From NCBI RefSeq assembly GCF_964204865.1, contig NC_135254.1, forward strand, positions 10,230,001-10,294,000: 64,000 nt of DNA. Direction: 5' to 3'. Positions 36,501 to 49,540 of the stretch are shown here, one piece after another. The notes below the pieces were generated by a model. It was not told the DNA's origin and did not search any database. It was given only the letters and a program-made list of their open reading frames with translations. Made by a program: the position numbers and the translations under genes. Within the stretch, counting starts at the first letter, position 1; each line of letters begins with the position of its first letter. Source of the DNA: Styela clava. Its lineage: Eukaryota.

Positions 36501-37178
36501 ATAATAAACCAGTAAAACTAAAAGTGATCCTAATGTTGAAAAAGCTGATGTATCCTTATTTTCGTCACGGTTTACCGAAAACTCATTTAAGACTTGGCAT
36601 TATAAAAAACGATCAAGGAAACAAATCATAAATTACCCGGCTTTTAAGTAGAAACATAGATAAGGACCAAATAAAATTGTTCCTGGGGTCAGTTTCGAAG
36701 TGCTGACGACGCGGAAGAGAAACTTAAACACAATAGATTGGGTTATAACAATTATGTTACAACAATTAAGTGTACAAATAATTTTTAAAAAGGTTGTTGT
36801 TATTGCTGTTGAGTAGTCTGATGTTGTCGTAAGTTAAAAATATCGCTTTTTGTATCCAACGGGCGAATCGATTTCAAACTTTTATTACCTAAACATGATA
36901 ATACCTAAAAGATGAAGAATTACCAGAAGGCCCATCTTTTTTTTCATATTTCTTCTGAATAAACCAAGTTTTGATGTTTCTGATATTTCACTACTAAACC
37001 ATTCACAGTACCAAATGTTCATATTGCATTCCAGGTAAAAAATGTTAAAACCGGAACTTCATGTTGGGTTCAGATAGGCATAGTAAGCTTTGGATATGGA
37101 TGCGGGTCAAAGTATCCGGGATATTACACAAATGTTGCAAGATACATTCCTTGGATTCAGACAAATATTGGAGTTTAG
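21584..37178 (+). CDS. Bf: Complement factor B/C2-like gene B (signal-LDLa-WAP-CCP-CCP-WAP-CCP-CCP-CCP-vWA-serine protease, about 1082 aa)
   Basis: Twenty-one exons join in frame (3249 nt): 21584-21635 (signal MLTICLSLLCVFLFIEHG), 24482-24610 (LDLa), 24958-25110 (WAP-like), 25968-26201 and 26750-26968 (CCP), 27276-27419 (WAP-like), 28385-28561, 28824-29015, 29208-29393 (CCP), 29647-29864 (linker SLGR-SI, MIDAS DVSES), 30060-30204, 30422-30565, 30692-30765, 31265-31418 (vWA), 31733-31878, 32289-32415 (TAAHL), 33398-33525 (HDIAL), 33787-33979, 34285-34429, 35949-36093 (DACQGDSGGP), 37035-37178 (TAG). The first exon is the least certain. Confidence 0.92.
22190..23040 (+). mobile_element. Deleted hAT element with transposase remnant
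   Basis: TIRs CAGGGGTCACCAACC ... GGTTGGTGACTCCTG, perfect 8-bp TSD ATTTAGAG, and an internal SLFGSTYLCKSDFYYMNFIKNKH*THLTNEHMQDSLR dimerisation-domain relic. Confidence 0.85.
34574..34874. mobile_element. Helentron/DINE-1-like element (family H2)
   Basis: GACTTATCGATCGAAGGTTAGGGG near the start, ACAG microsatellite, and terminal hairpin TACTTACCGATCAAGATCGATAAGTA; homologous to 61934-62526. Confidence 0.65.
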
Positions 37179-37259
37179 GACAATAATTTGTTCTCAAAAG
37201 TTGAATTTACAAATAATTCACGGTCAGCTCTTAGGAATTTGAGCAAAAACATATTTCAT

Positions 37260-37265
37260 AATAAA
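37260..37265 (+). promoter_or_regulatory. Candidate polyadenylation signal, gene B
   Basis: AATAAA about 80 nt after the stop codon. Confidence 0.35.
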
Positions 37266-38275
37266 AACGAGTCTTCTATATTATGAGCTGACTATATATA
37301 CAAAAATGTAAAATGTATTTTGTGAAATTGATAAAGAAACTTGTACAGGTAAAGTAATTTCAAAAAAAAAGTTGCATTTCAGTTTATTTGGCTTTGATTA
37401 TTGTTATAGATTCTTCAATACATTGATTTGAACAGTATGAGATCAGGTTGACTTGGGTTAAGTGGAATATATTTTATAGAGCACATAACTATTGTGAAGC
37501 GTCCAAGATAACTGATAAATTTGGGTAAATAATACACAAACAAGAGTTCGAGTATTAAATAAAATTTTCTTCATTTTTGAGAAGATATTTAAAAAAATAC
37601 ACGGGTTTGCAAAAACATATCGTTGTTGTTTCCGCACTTTGCTCGTGTATCTATAAATAGGAAGGAGAAGATCAAATATATTGTTATGTAATAAACGTTG
37701 CAATATAATTATTGCCAGTACAGTAATTGTGTATCGATATACTATGGTTGTGCATTTATCGATAGTTTGAACTAATGCCGATTTTATTATCAATGTTATA
37801 ACTGAAATATTAGCAGAATTTTTTTGTTTCAATTCGTGATTAGCGGATCACCAAATGCACGAGCCACATTGTGTAAGTAAGTCAGCGGTTCCCCATCCCT
37901 GCCTTATATCATTTGAACAGGTAAATGATAAAAAAAAATTCGCACAAATGAAATTAATAAATCTAATTGTTGTAACGACTGTTCAATTCTTATTGTTCGT
38001 AAAGTTACGAGCAAACTCGCATGAAACTTTATGCTCTTTCTAGGTAAAGTAAAACATGAATATTCATTGATGAATCTATTCCTCTTAAAAATTTCCAAAA
38101 CTGCCTATATTTTCTATAGCTATATGTTCTGTTCAAGAACCTCAGGCGAACGTTTTTTATTAAAAAGATTATTATCATGAGAACGAAGACCGAGGGTCAT
38201 ATATATTTATTTAAATTCTGCATCAGTGGGGAATGTACTGTGGCATCCAATGTACTGGTATTATAATGTGTATGC

Positions 38276-39007
38276 CAGAGCTGTCCAACCTTTTTTGACA
38301 AAGGGCCACATTTAATTTACGAAAGATTGGCGGGCCACTTATGTTCTAGTTTTCACTACACCGACTACAGATCAATAAAAAAAAAAGCATCTGAATTATA
38401 AGAACAATGGAAATACGAAGATACAGTAAAGTTGAAATAAAAAAGCATCTGAATTATAAGAACAATGGAAATACGAAGATACAGTAAAATTGAAAGTTTT
38501 AACCACGCATAGATATTTCAATGGCAAGTATGGCACTGCGTTTATCCAACAAGTTTGTCAATAGTAGGTACAGTGGACGATGAAGCAATGTGGAGTGGAT
38601 TTTTCACGTGGCTGTCAGAAATTAGTGTCTCACGGGTGATTTTAAATGGTTCATCCGTTAAATATCTTGCTTGTAGAAATAAATGCCGTCAAATATTGAA
38701 GTCATAGAACTGCCTCTTCTAGCTTCGCAGAAAAAAAAAACAGGAAAACAGATTGATATACATGGCCGACGATAGAAATAAATTCAAACATGTCTCACTA
38801 GCAATAACGACCACAAATAAACACAAAAGTAGCTTTCAATAGCTAGGTGGTGCTTCTCGCGCGTATGAACAACAATTTTTTTATTATAGGTTTCAATAAT
38901 GGCTCAGATTTGTGAAATACATTGGGATTCAAATAATACCGCACGGGCCACTCGGAAACCGTCGGCGGGTCACATGTGGCCCGCGGGCCACGAGTTGGAC
39001 GACCCTG
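38276..39007. mobile_element. hAT-type MITE
   Basis: TIRs CAGAGCTGTCCAAC ... GTTGGACGACCCTG, subterminal GGCCCGCGGGCC motifs, perfect 8-bp TSD GTGTATGC, and an internal ~58-bp tandem duplication at about 38380-38495. Confidence 0.85.
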
Positions 39008-39779
39008 GTGTATGCAATGTAATGTGTACTTACACATGCAAAATTGAAATCAGGACTGAGGCGATTTTTGTTATTCTATTTTATGAAATTCATGTGCGAA
39101 AACGCACTTTCGCATTTATCCCCGAAAGATGTTAATGATGGTTCAAAAGAGTTTGGCAGGAAATTCTACTCTTATTATATTAATCGATCTGTATTTAACC
39201 GCATTAGAGTCACTACCATCCTGCTTTATTGCTATTTCAGGTTTTTGAGTCGTTAATTTATGTCTACAAAACATCGTTTCCCAAACGACTTAGTATACGT
39301 GAAAATATTAAATTGCAAAGTGGTATCGACCCCTAGTACAGTACAGGGTGGTTTATCAACATTATCGGCTTCGGGGGCCCAAAAATTATTTTTTGCATTG
39401 TTGGCAGGCCACAATAGTGCCACGAATATCTAAACAGTGTATAATACAAATCAAATACCTCTATTGCGCAAACACATTTTTCATTATATGTCATTTATTA
39501 AGCTAAAACAAGCAAAAATCCACTAAAACGTACAAAAGTCTTTCTATAGATCTACATTTAGTGTAAAAACATTTCATACCGGAGAAAGTGCTTCCGCAAT
39601 GGTGAGTGCTTTCAAACATCGATTCTGAATCTCTTTAGCAAACAAGATTTACTCCCAATATAGCCATTGGTGCTCATTTATTAAAAATTCGTTAAGCTAA
39701 GTATAAAGAGCTCTAATTTTAGACGCGAAGTCTCTATATCTCTTTTTTCCCCCTTACCCCTTCTCCTCTTGCGTGGAAA

Positions 39780-40030
39780 ATGCAAGGGTGGGATATGTTG
39801 AAGAAGGAGCAGTGGGGAAGAAAAAAGAAGGGAATTGACGGTAAGAGGTAAGGATGGAAGCGGGAAGGAGAGCGTTTCGGGGTGGGCGAGTGACGGGAGG
39901 AGGTAGAGATGCAAGTGGAAAGGAGAAAGTGTTGGGGTGGGAGTGTGACAGACGGAGGTAAGAATACAAGGGAAGATTGAGGTGGGGGGCAGAATAGAGA
40001 GGGAATGAGTGTGAAGAAAAAGTGGGGTGT
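39780..40030 (+). repeat. Purine-rich (G/A) low-complexity tract
   Basis: Strong G+A bias on the + strand (GGAAGAAAAAAGAAGGG, GGAGAAAGTGTTGGGGTGGGAG). Confidence 0.7.
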
Positions 40031-41403
40031 AAGACTGCGGAAGAATTTTAAAAAAATTTTAAAGGTTACCTTTCTTTATTTCTTCAAAAAATTTGATCTA
40101 AAAATCTATATTAACAAATAACTCAAAAATGAACAGAAAGGCTTGGTCAAGAATGGTCGACGACTGTCCTTGTTTTTTTTTTTGGCTACCAGATTTTCAG
40201 TGTCAGGTGAAATAACAAAGAACTCAAAGGTGTTGGTTTTCAACTTCGGTTAAAATAAAGGTCTACTGATAACATAAGCTATGCTCAAATATGTGGACAC
40301 AAAAAGCAAAACGATTTTTTTTTTCATCATCAATTTCCTGAAAATCTTGCGCGTTAACTTACCTGTAGGTCTGTCGGAGTACCGGTATGGTGACTATCCC
40401 AGCTTATCCTGTAGCAATGTTACAAACGCGCATTTTCGGGACAAAATATGTACCACATATGCAAAACACATGCACTATATGTAAGCTGTGGTAAATTCAC
40501 TTATGGAAAAAACACGGTTGGTCATCTTTTAACCCGCGGGTCAGAGGTTTGTCATCTCTTTTCTAATATATAATTTAAGTTGCTCAATTTATCCAGGATT
40601 AAACTTTTCGTTCTGATTGCACACTGAATTATCAGTAAGAGACATTATTGACTGCTCCGCACTAATAGGATTTTTAAAGCATGCCTACAAAGATTAATTC
40701 CCCAACGTTCCATCGGTTCTAACTGTTACTATGATTTGAAAATACATAGGTTACTTGACTCACAGTTGATGGGTTCTTGTAGGTAATAAACGGTTCTATC
40801 ACCTAACTATGAAGTGGAGTGATGTCGTGTGATCCAATGTGCGAGTAACACCAGAAATACTCTAAATGTCCGATCCCAAATAGTTCATCCAACATTTGTT
40901 GCTTTGACTTTATTGCATTATCGCAGTAGCAATGAACATCGATGAGTCAATTTATTTCAGTAATTACACACAATTTAATCCCATTTATATTACTCCAAAT
41001 ATTGACTGAATAAATAACAACAAACATGAAAATATAACTTACAAAATAGCAAATCCCAAGAGCTAAGCGACGGCGGTGCGCTCACTAAAACCACGATAAG
41101 AAGACAGCTGCGTGCGAGAGATTTCACAGATGCCAGATTATGGGTCAGAAATTACAGTCAAGTTGGCTCAATAGAATATATATTTGGGACTCCCCATGTA
41201 TAAACGATGGGAATAAATGGAATTAATTATTATTATCAAATTTTGGATATTAATCACTTCAATTAACCAAATATGGATGTACTACGCTTATAAAATTGAA
41301 CGATTATCGCAAGGCTGGCATGAATGCGATAAATAGATATTACGAAACACTTTTCTGGAACATAATCTAGTGCCCATAATTGAAATGAGGAAACATTTCT
41401 TAC

Positions 41404-41477
41404 AGTTCTTTTGACCACGAACCGGAAGACATACAACGTCGTCGATAAGTTGCATTCGAAACGGTAAAGCGAAATCC
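41404..41477 (-). pseudogene. Possible decayed CCP (sushi) exon fragment
   Basis: Translates GFRFTVSNATYRRRCMSSGSWSKEL, matching the second half of a CCP module (GF...R.C...G.WS). It is flanked by in-frame stops. Confidence 0.4.
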
Positions 41478-42119
41478 TGAATATTAAATCACCGTTGTAT
41501 ATCAGAAAAAATATTGATATATAGAGCTAGTAACATCCACAGAATTTAAATAGTAAAATAGTTGGGTTAACTAACTTCTAGTACACATGATGGAAGAAGA
41601 CTTGAAATCTGAAATAGGTCATCATCATAAATACCAAGCCAGAACTCACGAACCGACTTTGAATGTCGCCATGGCTATAAATATATGAACAACCATCTAT
41701 GTAATCCGAACGGTATTGACAATAATAACTGGTATTTCTTATGATTATTTCGTAAAAATATTTTACAACGATTTCAGATTCCTCTTTGTTTCAATTATGA
41801 TTTTTTTTTCTTTTTCGAAATTTGTCGAAATACTGAGTTTATTTAGATTCAGTTGTTGGTTACATTGTTAAGCCACGTTGAGGTACATTTGACTGAATAT
41901 ATTAGGTAAATTACGCAATAAAATAGTGCGAACATTCATATTTCATTGATATTTAACAATAATTCCATCTGATATCCATATAAATGTTCGGTATGGGTTA
42001 TGATTACTTAACAACGGTTATCAAGTGTACAAATGTAATATTAGTAACATAAAAAGAGAGCAGAATATATTAGAAAAAATCACATAACTATTACTTGTTT
42101 TTGTTTTATTTAAAACATA

Positions 42120-42727
42120 TCAGACACAATTCATAACCGACGATACAGAAGTATAGAATCCAGGCTGTTTATTTCCACATCCCCATCCCCAACTGACTAT
42201 TCCAACTTGCATCCAGTGTCTTGAATGCTGAATTCCAAACTGTATTGGATGATTGGTGTATACAGAAATAAATTAGGTGGTCACGAATTGTAAATATAAA
42301 TTATTATGCTGACTTTTGTTGTGAACATGTCGCCAATCGATCTCAATGTTGTAGTGACCAGTGAAGGTTAAATCCAGTAGGAGGCAATGTTTGGTCTGTC
42401 AAGGAAGATATATCTAATCGTATATTTGAGCTTTGCTCTCTTGTTATATATACAAAAACTGAATTGAAAAAAATATATCAATACCCGTAAAAAAGAAAAC
42501 ACTGGAAAATATAAAGTTACTGTCATATTACAGCTTTTTATATAACATAGTGCTTTAATTAATATTGCACAGACCCGTTTCACAAGTGGTCCTCCACTAT
42601 CTCCTTCGCAGGCATCAACGTTTTTGGATTTATCAGCACTTTTAGCGCAAGTCATCCTTATCACTCTTGTCATTTTTCTGGATTAAATAATTGTAATTAC
42701 TAATAATTAATCACGCGGTAGATGCAT
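42120..42727 (-). pseudogene. Orphan serine-protease C-terminal exon pair (relic of a fourth paralogue, or alternative 3' exons of gene C)
   Basis: Exon 42727/42677-42575 encodes MTCAKSADKSKNVDACEGDSGGPLVKR and has a GT donor at the same position as in genes A-C. Exon 42239-42120 follows a CAG acceptor and encodes [39 protein letters not shown]. From the homologous acceptor at 42727 the frame is shifted and hits TAG. No upstream exons were recognised. Confidence 0.75.
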
Positions 42728-43027
42728 CTGTTATAAAACCAGTCATGTATACGAGTTCTTGAGCCCTCGGCTAATAGCGAGAATGCTACCAATGAGAGGG
42801 TGATTATAGCTAACAAGTGATTATAAAAAGAATGATTATAAATGTTGGAAGAAAACCTAAAAAATAAAGAAAGTCCGTTATATCATCAACAGATCGGTTA
42901 TTCGTGTTGCATTTCGTTGATTGGAAAGATTTTGAGGCGTAAGTTAGGTTTCTACCAACGACTAACAACTACATGTCTATCAAAGATTTCCTATATATAA
43001 AATTGACAAATTTTTTTTATTTTTTAT

Positions 43028-43468
43028 TGTTGGACACGTAGTGGACATAACGATCGTTTTAATATTATGTTGGTCTTGTTGTTGTTGTTCTTTGACACTT
43101 TTTGGACATCTAGTGGAAAATCTAAAAAAAAAACGCTTTTCTCTTTCATTACTGGACCGATTGCTTCGAAATTTTTACTGGTTAAAGATGAAATTTTTTT
43201 CCAGAAGGCTATTACTTTTATTTATTTCAAATATTTCTGTTAGCTCTGTGAGATTTTTTTTTGTTTGTCAGGACGTCACCGAACGTTCTGCGGACGCATA
43301 GCCGACACTCCTTTTCTTTTTGATCACGTGCCATCGAACGTCGATGGTTCGTAACGAAGTCCTACGGTACTTTGCTACGATTTTTTCCTTACGCTGATCG
43401 ACGGTACGGTAAACCGTACTGTACTGCGAACAGACGTGTCCATATATTTGGGCGTAGCTCTCTTGTTA
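43028..43468 (+). mobile_element. Helentron-like family H1, compact full-length copy
   Basis: TGTTGGACACGTAGTGGACATAACGATCG ... GACGTGTCCATATATTTGGGCGTAGCTCTCTTGTT, with the same body as 8280-8480. Confidence 0.7.
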
Positions 43469-44276
43469 TGTATTATAGGCACTTCGCAATGAATGCATAT
43501 GCATATAAATAATGAATGCACAAATATGATTTCAAAAATATTATGCACCGCATTAGGGTTCCTTGTGTACAGTTACAAGTGGTTACCATGGAGGCAACTC
43601 ACGTCACAGAAGATAATTTTGGTTGGAAGATAAGTACTAGTATCGTAATGCTGAGTGAAAATACTTTGGTCGCATTCAGAAGTATGGGTAACATACAGAT
43701 TGGTAGCACATTATTCACTCAATTGAAAAATGTAAGAACTAAATAGGCTATGTTAAAGTACCGTATTGAGATAGGACTGTAGGGTGTGTATAACCGTAAA
43801 TATATACTACTATTAGATGTCTAACTCCGCTCGCCGTATAATAAACAAACAAAGGCGATGTTGCACCTCCAAGTGGCGGGCGTCACGGTTGGTTTTGTTC
43901 AGACTAGATGACGACGACGCTTCTGCATCACAGCTCGAAAACTAGCCCTGTTCATTGATGACTGATCGAAATATTTGCTGAAGGACGAAGAGATTCGATA
44001 AAAATGAACAAATAATTGCAAAAATGAAGACACAGTCTGTCTTGCAAATGACCAGGATGATGTGACAACTTCCTTGTCGAAAGAACGCAAGGCATCAAAA
44101 ATGCGATGCATTGCTAAAGATGTCAGTCAGATGTAGGTAAAGTGGTGACGAAAATGAATACTTTGCACTTTATATAAAAAAAAAAAAAAAACGCTTAGTA
44201 CCACAGCATTTTGGTCTCACTCCATCTCAAGTATTGTAGCTTTCACAGAAGTTCTTTCTCCACTTGACCTATAATC

Positions 44277-47200
44277 AGGGCTGCCAGCCACAACGTCCTT
44301 ATTTTTAGAATTTATCCTTATTTTGAAGGTCTTTGTTTTAGAAAATGTTTTTGTCCTTATTCCTAAGAAACATCTATATTTTGACGTGTGTCTTTATTTT
44401 TAACCTAATAAATGAAAAAACCAGTGAATTAAACTTTGAATTTAGTTTAGATCTGGAACTTCATAAGAGATAAAATGAGTAAACGTAAAAAATTTGCTGT
44501 AATGATTATGAGAAAGAATTCAACGTCGTCGAACGGAACGAAGGGCCAGTGATTTGCGCACTGCAGCTGTTGTGAATGTGACAACAATCTGGAATGCATA
44601 GGTAGAGCAGCAATTTCTGTTAATAATGCAACCCATAAACACAAGGCTCTGCTCAAGAAATTAATCAAACCAATCTATAAATAACTTTTCTAAGAGTCAA
44701 TGATTATACAAAGGCTTGCAACACATGCAAGCAGCTGAAATTTATTTCCATCATCACATCATTGAACATCCGACACTTGATATAAAAGAAAAATATTTTC
44801 AAATCATTCATGAGCGAATACCTATTGAACAATGTAACTGAATGTCAAGATGTAACAACACTACTTGAGAAAGTATTCAAAAAATCTGAGCAAATGTATA
44901 CGCAAAGTACTGCAGCCAAAATAATAACAACAATATGGACAATAGGACTCATGGAATACGAAAACAACTGAAGAAGCACAGTAGCTAGAACGAAGATTAA
45001 GATGTATGTGATTACAGTCATGTTTCCGTACTCCTGAAGTATGCGTACCAAGAAATGAGTACACCGGAACGTAATATGTGTACCACGTTAGGGTCAGGCC
45101 AAAATGGTATTCCTTTTTCCTTATTTTAGTTCCATTACAAGTTCAGGGACTAACCAAGTGAGTTTTGTAGTATTTGTACTGTAGCAAGTACATAAGGATA
45201 GTTACTGTGTATTTTAATATTTTCACCACTTATTGTTAGTAGTGCATGTTATATGCCTGAAACAAGGTCGTTGTCCCAATTCATTTCCTTTATGATGTAT
45301 TTCTCTCACTCAGTGTAGCTTGTCTTTGCCGTTCTTTGTTAGTTAGAAATTTGGTTTCATCACATATACTTGGTTTAAGGTTTCAAGTGTAATTCGTTAT
45401 TTGGATCAATTCGATTGTGCAACTTTACAATATAACAATTGGCATTCAATACATTGTGTGCTTTTTGACCTCTGAAGGAGTCAAGAATGGAGTTACACTC
45501 TGTTAACGTGTGTTCAATAACACGGGAGTGTGGACACGCAGATAGGGTCGAATCTTTGTTGCCCTATAGTACCTAAACGTATGGCCTAATCTGGTACACA
45601 TACTATGTTTCGTTGTCTGTCATCTTGGTACACGTATGTCTGGAGTGCACAAGTTTTTTTCTCAATAATCCATAGAAACACAAATTAATATTTTAATTAC
45701 TAATGTGAATAAACACTGAATATCGAGTTATATTAATAGTGATATTGATGTTTTTTAAAGCTTTGGGAGTGGTTCTTAGCTGGAGTAAAAAGGCAATTTA
45801 GTTTCTATCACGTGGACTTTGCTACATAATTCTTTTTCTTTGCTGCTTTTCAATCAACTGGAGCACCGATATATTCCCAGCCCCGCGACCTGCAAAATAT
45901 GCATCTCTTAAACTGAAAATCTTTTGGCGATTCATCCAATATTTAGGGTGAGGCCCTAAGAGCATAGCTGAAGATTTTGAGGGGGGGGGGGTCTGAAATC
46001 TTTAATTGACAAGTTCGACCAAAACACCTATCAGGTCTGATCGCAAATGTTAGTTTATAATAGTCCCGATGGTCTAACTCTAAAAAGTGTTTCAAGCCAC
46101 GAAAAATTTATATGTATGATATAGTAAAACACTTTAGAAGACTTTTATCTCACACTTAAAGGGGGGCCTGACAGATGTTTGGTCTGATATGGTATATCAC
46201 ATGTTAAGTACCAGTATTTGGAGCCCTTCATGAGCTGGAAAAGCAATGAAATGTTGTGGTTTTTCAAATATGACTACAGAATGTGTTGCATGTAGCTGTA
46301 TAGTATTTATTTTGTTATAAAATCCTTGAGCTAATCACCTGTTGTAGACTTCCAGTGTGTAAAATAATTTATGAAATTTTAGCTGATTCACTGCAGTCTT
46401 TTGTCTCCAGATGTTTCAGAGAGCAGTAGTAGATTTCCGTTTTTGAGGGGAAGCCATGTCATTAGTGCTGTTGCATATGTCAATAAAAGTATTTTCCAGT
46501 TTGCAAAACTTGGCATTGCTTCAAATTCAGACATCTTCGAAATCCTAGCAACAGATGCAGGAAGAACCTACAAAGAAAATTTCCCCGGTTCATCTGTTAT
46601 TATTAATGACCTGAATACTGTTGGTAATTTTAGAAATATTAATCTTGATCCAAGTATTTAAATCCAAGTATTTTATTGCTTAAAAGATAGATCTAATAGG
46701 AAAATACAAATGATTTAATACCAAAACAATTCTTTGTGCTATACCTGTGCTTAATATTTAACAGACATTTTTATCAAGCTATTGAGTTAAACATGTTGGT
46801 CTGTTAGTTTACATGGCTGTTTCAAATGTTTTTTTTAGACATATCTTAATAAATTCCCTCTAGATATGTTTCCATGCCAAAACCCCATCTGGTGACAACA
46901 AATCATTCTTCAAAAGTGAGTTTCGAGACGTCTGCAAAAATTTATATTTTAGTTATGATATTTTAAAATTTATTGCCCACAACGATTGAACCTTGTCTAT
47001 CATCTAAGCATGTATGTGTTTATATATAAGTATAACAGCCACTTTGACAAAGTATTATTTGAAAAAAATGTAAATACCCCACAAAACAAATTGGAATTAA
47101 TAAAATGTAACGGTTCCAGGAGAAATATTAATGCATTCAATAAATGTGGTGGATTTTGCAGTAGCAAAAAAGTTATTGCTATTGATCACAAATCAATAAT

Positions 47201-49195
47201 TTAAAAACACTCGACAAAATAATTCAAAACTTTTTGGCACATCTAAAATTATAAATATATATATATGTTGAAGCCATGTTTAGATAACGGCAATAATAGG
47301 TATCTAATTTATGTGAAAAAGGTTATTAGTACCAGCCTGAAATCAAGCAAAATGGATTATCATGGCAAACGCAAAACACCTCTTATGTTGTATATGCAGC
47401 TGGTGACTTCGTATACAATGACAGAATGAGTCTGGGAATAAATTATCAAGATCAGTAGAACTCCATCATAAAACACTGATTAATTGAAGTTACAATATGT
47501 GTGTTTAATTTATGTTTTTCATACAAACGTCACAATTTCAATCACCCATCAATCAATTTATATTCTTGCTTACTGCTTTGATCACACAGCATAAATCCTC
47601 ACACTGCAACTTTTTTATGATCCGAATATACACATATCTCTTATCAAAATTTACATTTCTTGATAAATCATTACTGTGTCGGGTATCTATAGGAACATTT
47701 ACAACTTACTCTTTTTTATGCTGAACAATCGTAGCACAAAGGGGCTCTCTACTAGACTACATCTACTCATGGGAGCTTTAAAGTGAATTTAAAATCGTAC
47801 TGTCAATGTGCTTTCGAGTGCTGAACCGGTCCTAGGGTCTTCCCACTCAATTGATTGTTTCTCTATTTTGTTTTGTAATCTGCATTCTAACAGTTCTATA
47901 CAACTAACTTGAATATTTTTAAGTCACTCACTTAATCTTGACGCGAGACAGCGCCGTCAGAACACAGAAAAACGCAGGAAGTCGCACGATGATTTTCGAA
48001 GCAATAATAATCTGTCAGCGCCAAGTCAAGCGTGTCGGCGAATTCTACATCGGGAGAAATTTCCGGAGTTACACGGGATTAGTATAACTACTGACTGACC
48101 TATTGGACTACCCTCGCAATACAAACTAAGGTTGATGAAATCGAGTTTTATTTCTTTCATTATCAAAATCAATTCAGCGTGACAAAGCTAAAAAAAATAA
48201 TTAAGGGTCTGCGTAATGAACTCAGTAGTCAATTTGAAACCATTTTTAAAGTCGGGACTTGGTACAATTTGGCCCCACAGTCTCGATGCTCTAAAACTTG
48301 AGGTCGAGAAAAATGAAAAGAGAATGAACGTGTGATGAAAAAAACCAATCGAGATGAATAGTATTGCAACTCTAACTCCTATCCTACGGGTACACATAAA
48401 GGTGACTTGATCATGGGGCATTGCCCCCCCCCCCCCAAAAAAAAATGTTCGAAAATTCCACTCTTAATCCACCAGTTTTGTGGCAATCTTGTCTCGTCAC
48501 GCTTACTGATTGTCATTGTTACGTCAAAAAGACTTGATCGTTCGCTGTTATGAGCAGTTTGGGAAAGACTGTTTCGTTAGCTTTCGGTCAGTTACTCGGT
48601 ATTGATTTGTTCTCGCCGGTTTTATATTCGAAACGCTTGGATTTTGATGACCAAATTACTTCGATGGCTAAATTTAAACAGGCGAAATGCGATAGTTTTT
48701 TTCAGCGAAATAAAGAGTCGCTTTCCTCAAAAACATCAATAAGCGCTACTCAGGCTGTGGATGCACCGGTTACGTCAGTTACGTCTATCACTTCTATTCC
48801 CGAAGATAAACTAATATTCAAAAAAGGGAAAACAAACGACCTTGAATTTATTCTTCAGAAACATACGCAGCTTACCGATGCGGAGAGATACAGGTTTCTA
48901 ACTTGGGATGGTCCGGAAAAACGTGACGATTCTGAATACCGTTAGACAAAGTCGTCGTAAATTTCTCAAAAAAGGGCTTGACGATGACAGATTTTGAAGT
49001 TGGTTAGTTTGCACCCAACTCTCTGATGGGGGTGGATCTTGTATTCACAAAAAGCCAGCTGAGTTGTTGAACCAGTTTGCTTATTGATAAACTGTTGTTG
49101 CTTTGCGCTTGAAGAAGGGGTGTCTTAAACCCAATATAATTTCTAAAATTTTCAAATTTGGCCCCCCCCAAAATTTTGAGCTGGCTACGCCACTG
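44277..49195. mobile_element. Patchwork of degraded hAT-like elements
   Basis: hAT-type ends CAGGGCTGCCA (44277) and CCCCCCCAAAATTTTGAGCTGGCTACGCCACTG (49195), G/C runs at about 45980 and 48425, and short disrupted transposase-like frames (CxxC near 44560; ORF 48550-48945). Boundaries are unresolved. Confidence 0.4.
45031..45645. mobile_element. MITE with CTCC...GGAG termini
   Basis: CTCCTGAAGTATGCGTACCAAGA ... TCTTGGTACACGTATGTCTGGAG, preceded by TA; same TIR family as 61054-61155. Confidence 0.65.
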
Positions 49196-49540
49196 TTGGG
49201 AACCACTGCTAGGCAATCGTTACACATGCTTTGGATGGCGAACTAAGCCGTATACAAACAGCGGTTTCGTGAACCCAGCAATCGTCTTGTGCATAGTCAT
49301 CCCCTACTGAATTCAAACTTGCGAACGAGATAAAACCAGTCGTCTAAGACAAAATGAAAACTATCAATAACTCTACAGTCTACTATATACCAAAACTGTG
49401 ATCTCCCCACTGCGCAATAGCGAGGGCTAGATTTAACCAGCAGACGAAAAAAATGATGTATTTTTACCCAAAAGTCCATTCATTGGAATATAAATCGAAC
49501 ATTAATTTCATGGTTAGAACTCCTAACACAAAGCGTTTAT

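Noticed and set aside
21584-37178. Assignment as MASP/C1r/C1s or horseshoe-crab factor C
   Set aside because: No CUB, EGF or lectin domains. The CCP-vWA(MIDAS)-protease order and the PICLPC insertion identify Bf/C2 family members.
39681-39969. Pro/Leu/Ser-rich ORFs
   Set aside because: Artefacts of the purine/pyrimidine-biased low-complexity tract.
43516-43746. 76-aa plus-strand ORF with exon-like flanks
   Set aside because: No recognisable domain or partner exons.
44190-44270. Possible upstream exon for the orphan protease fragment (minus strand, ..KATILEME..)
   Set aside because: It contains stops, lacks the TG(F/W)G motif and is too weak to support.
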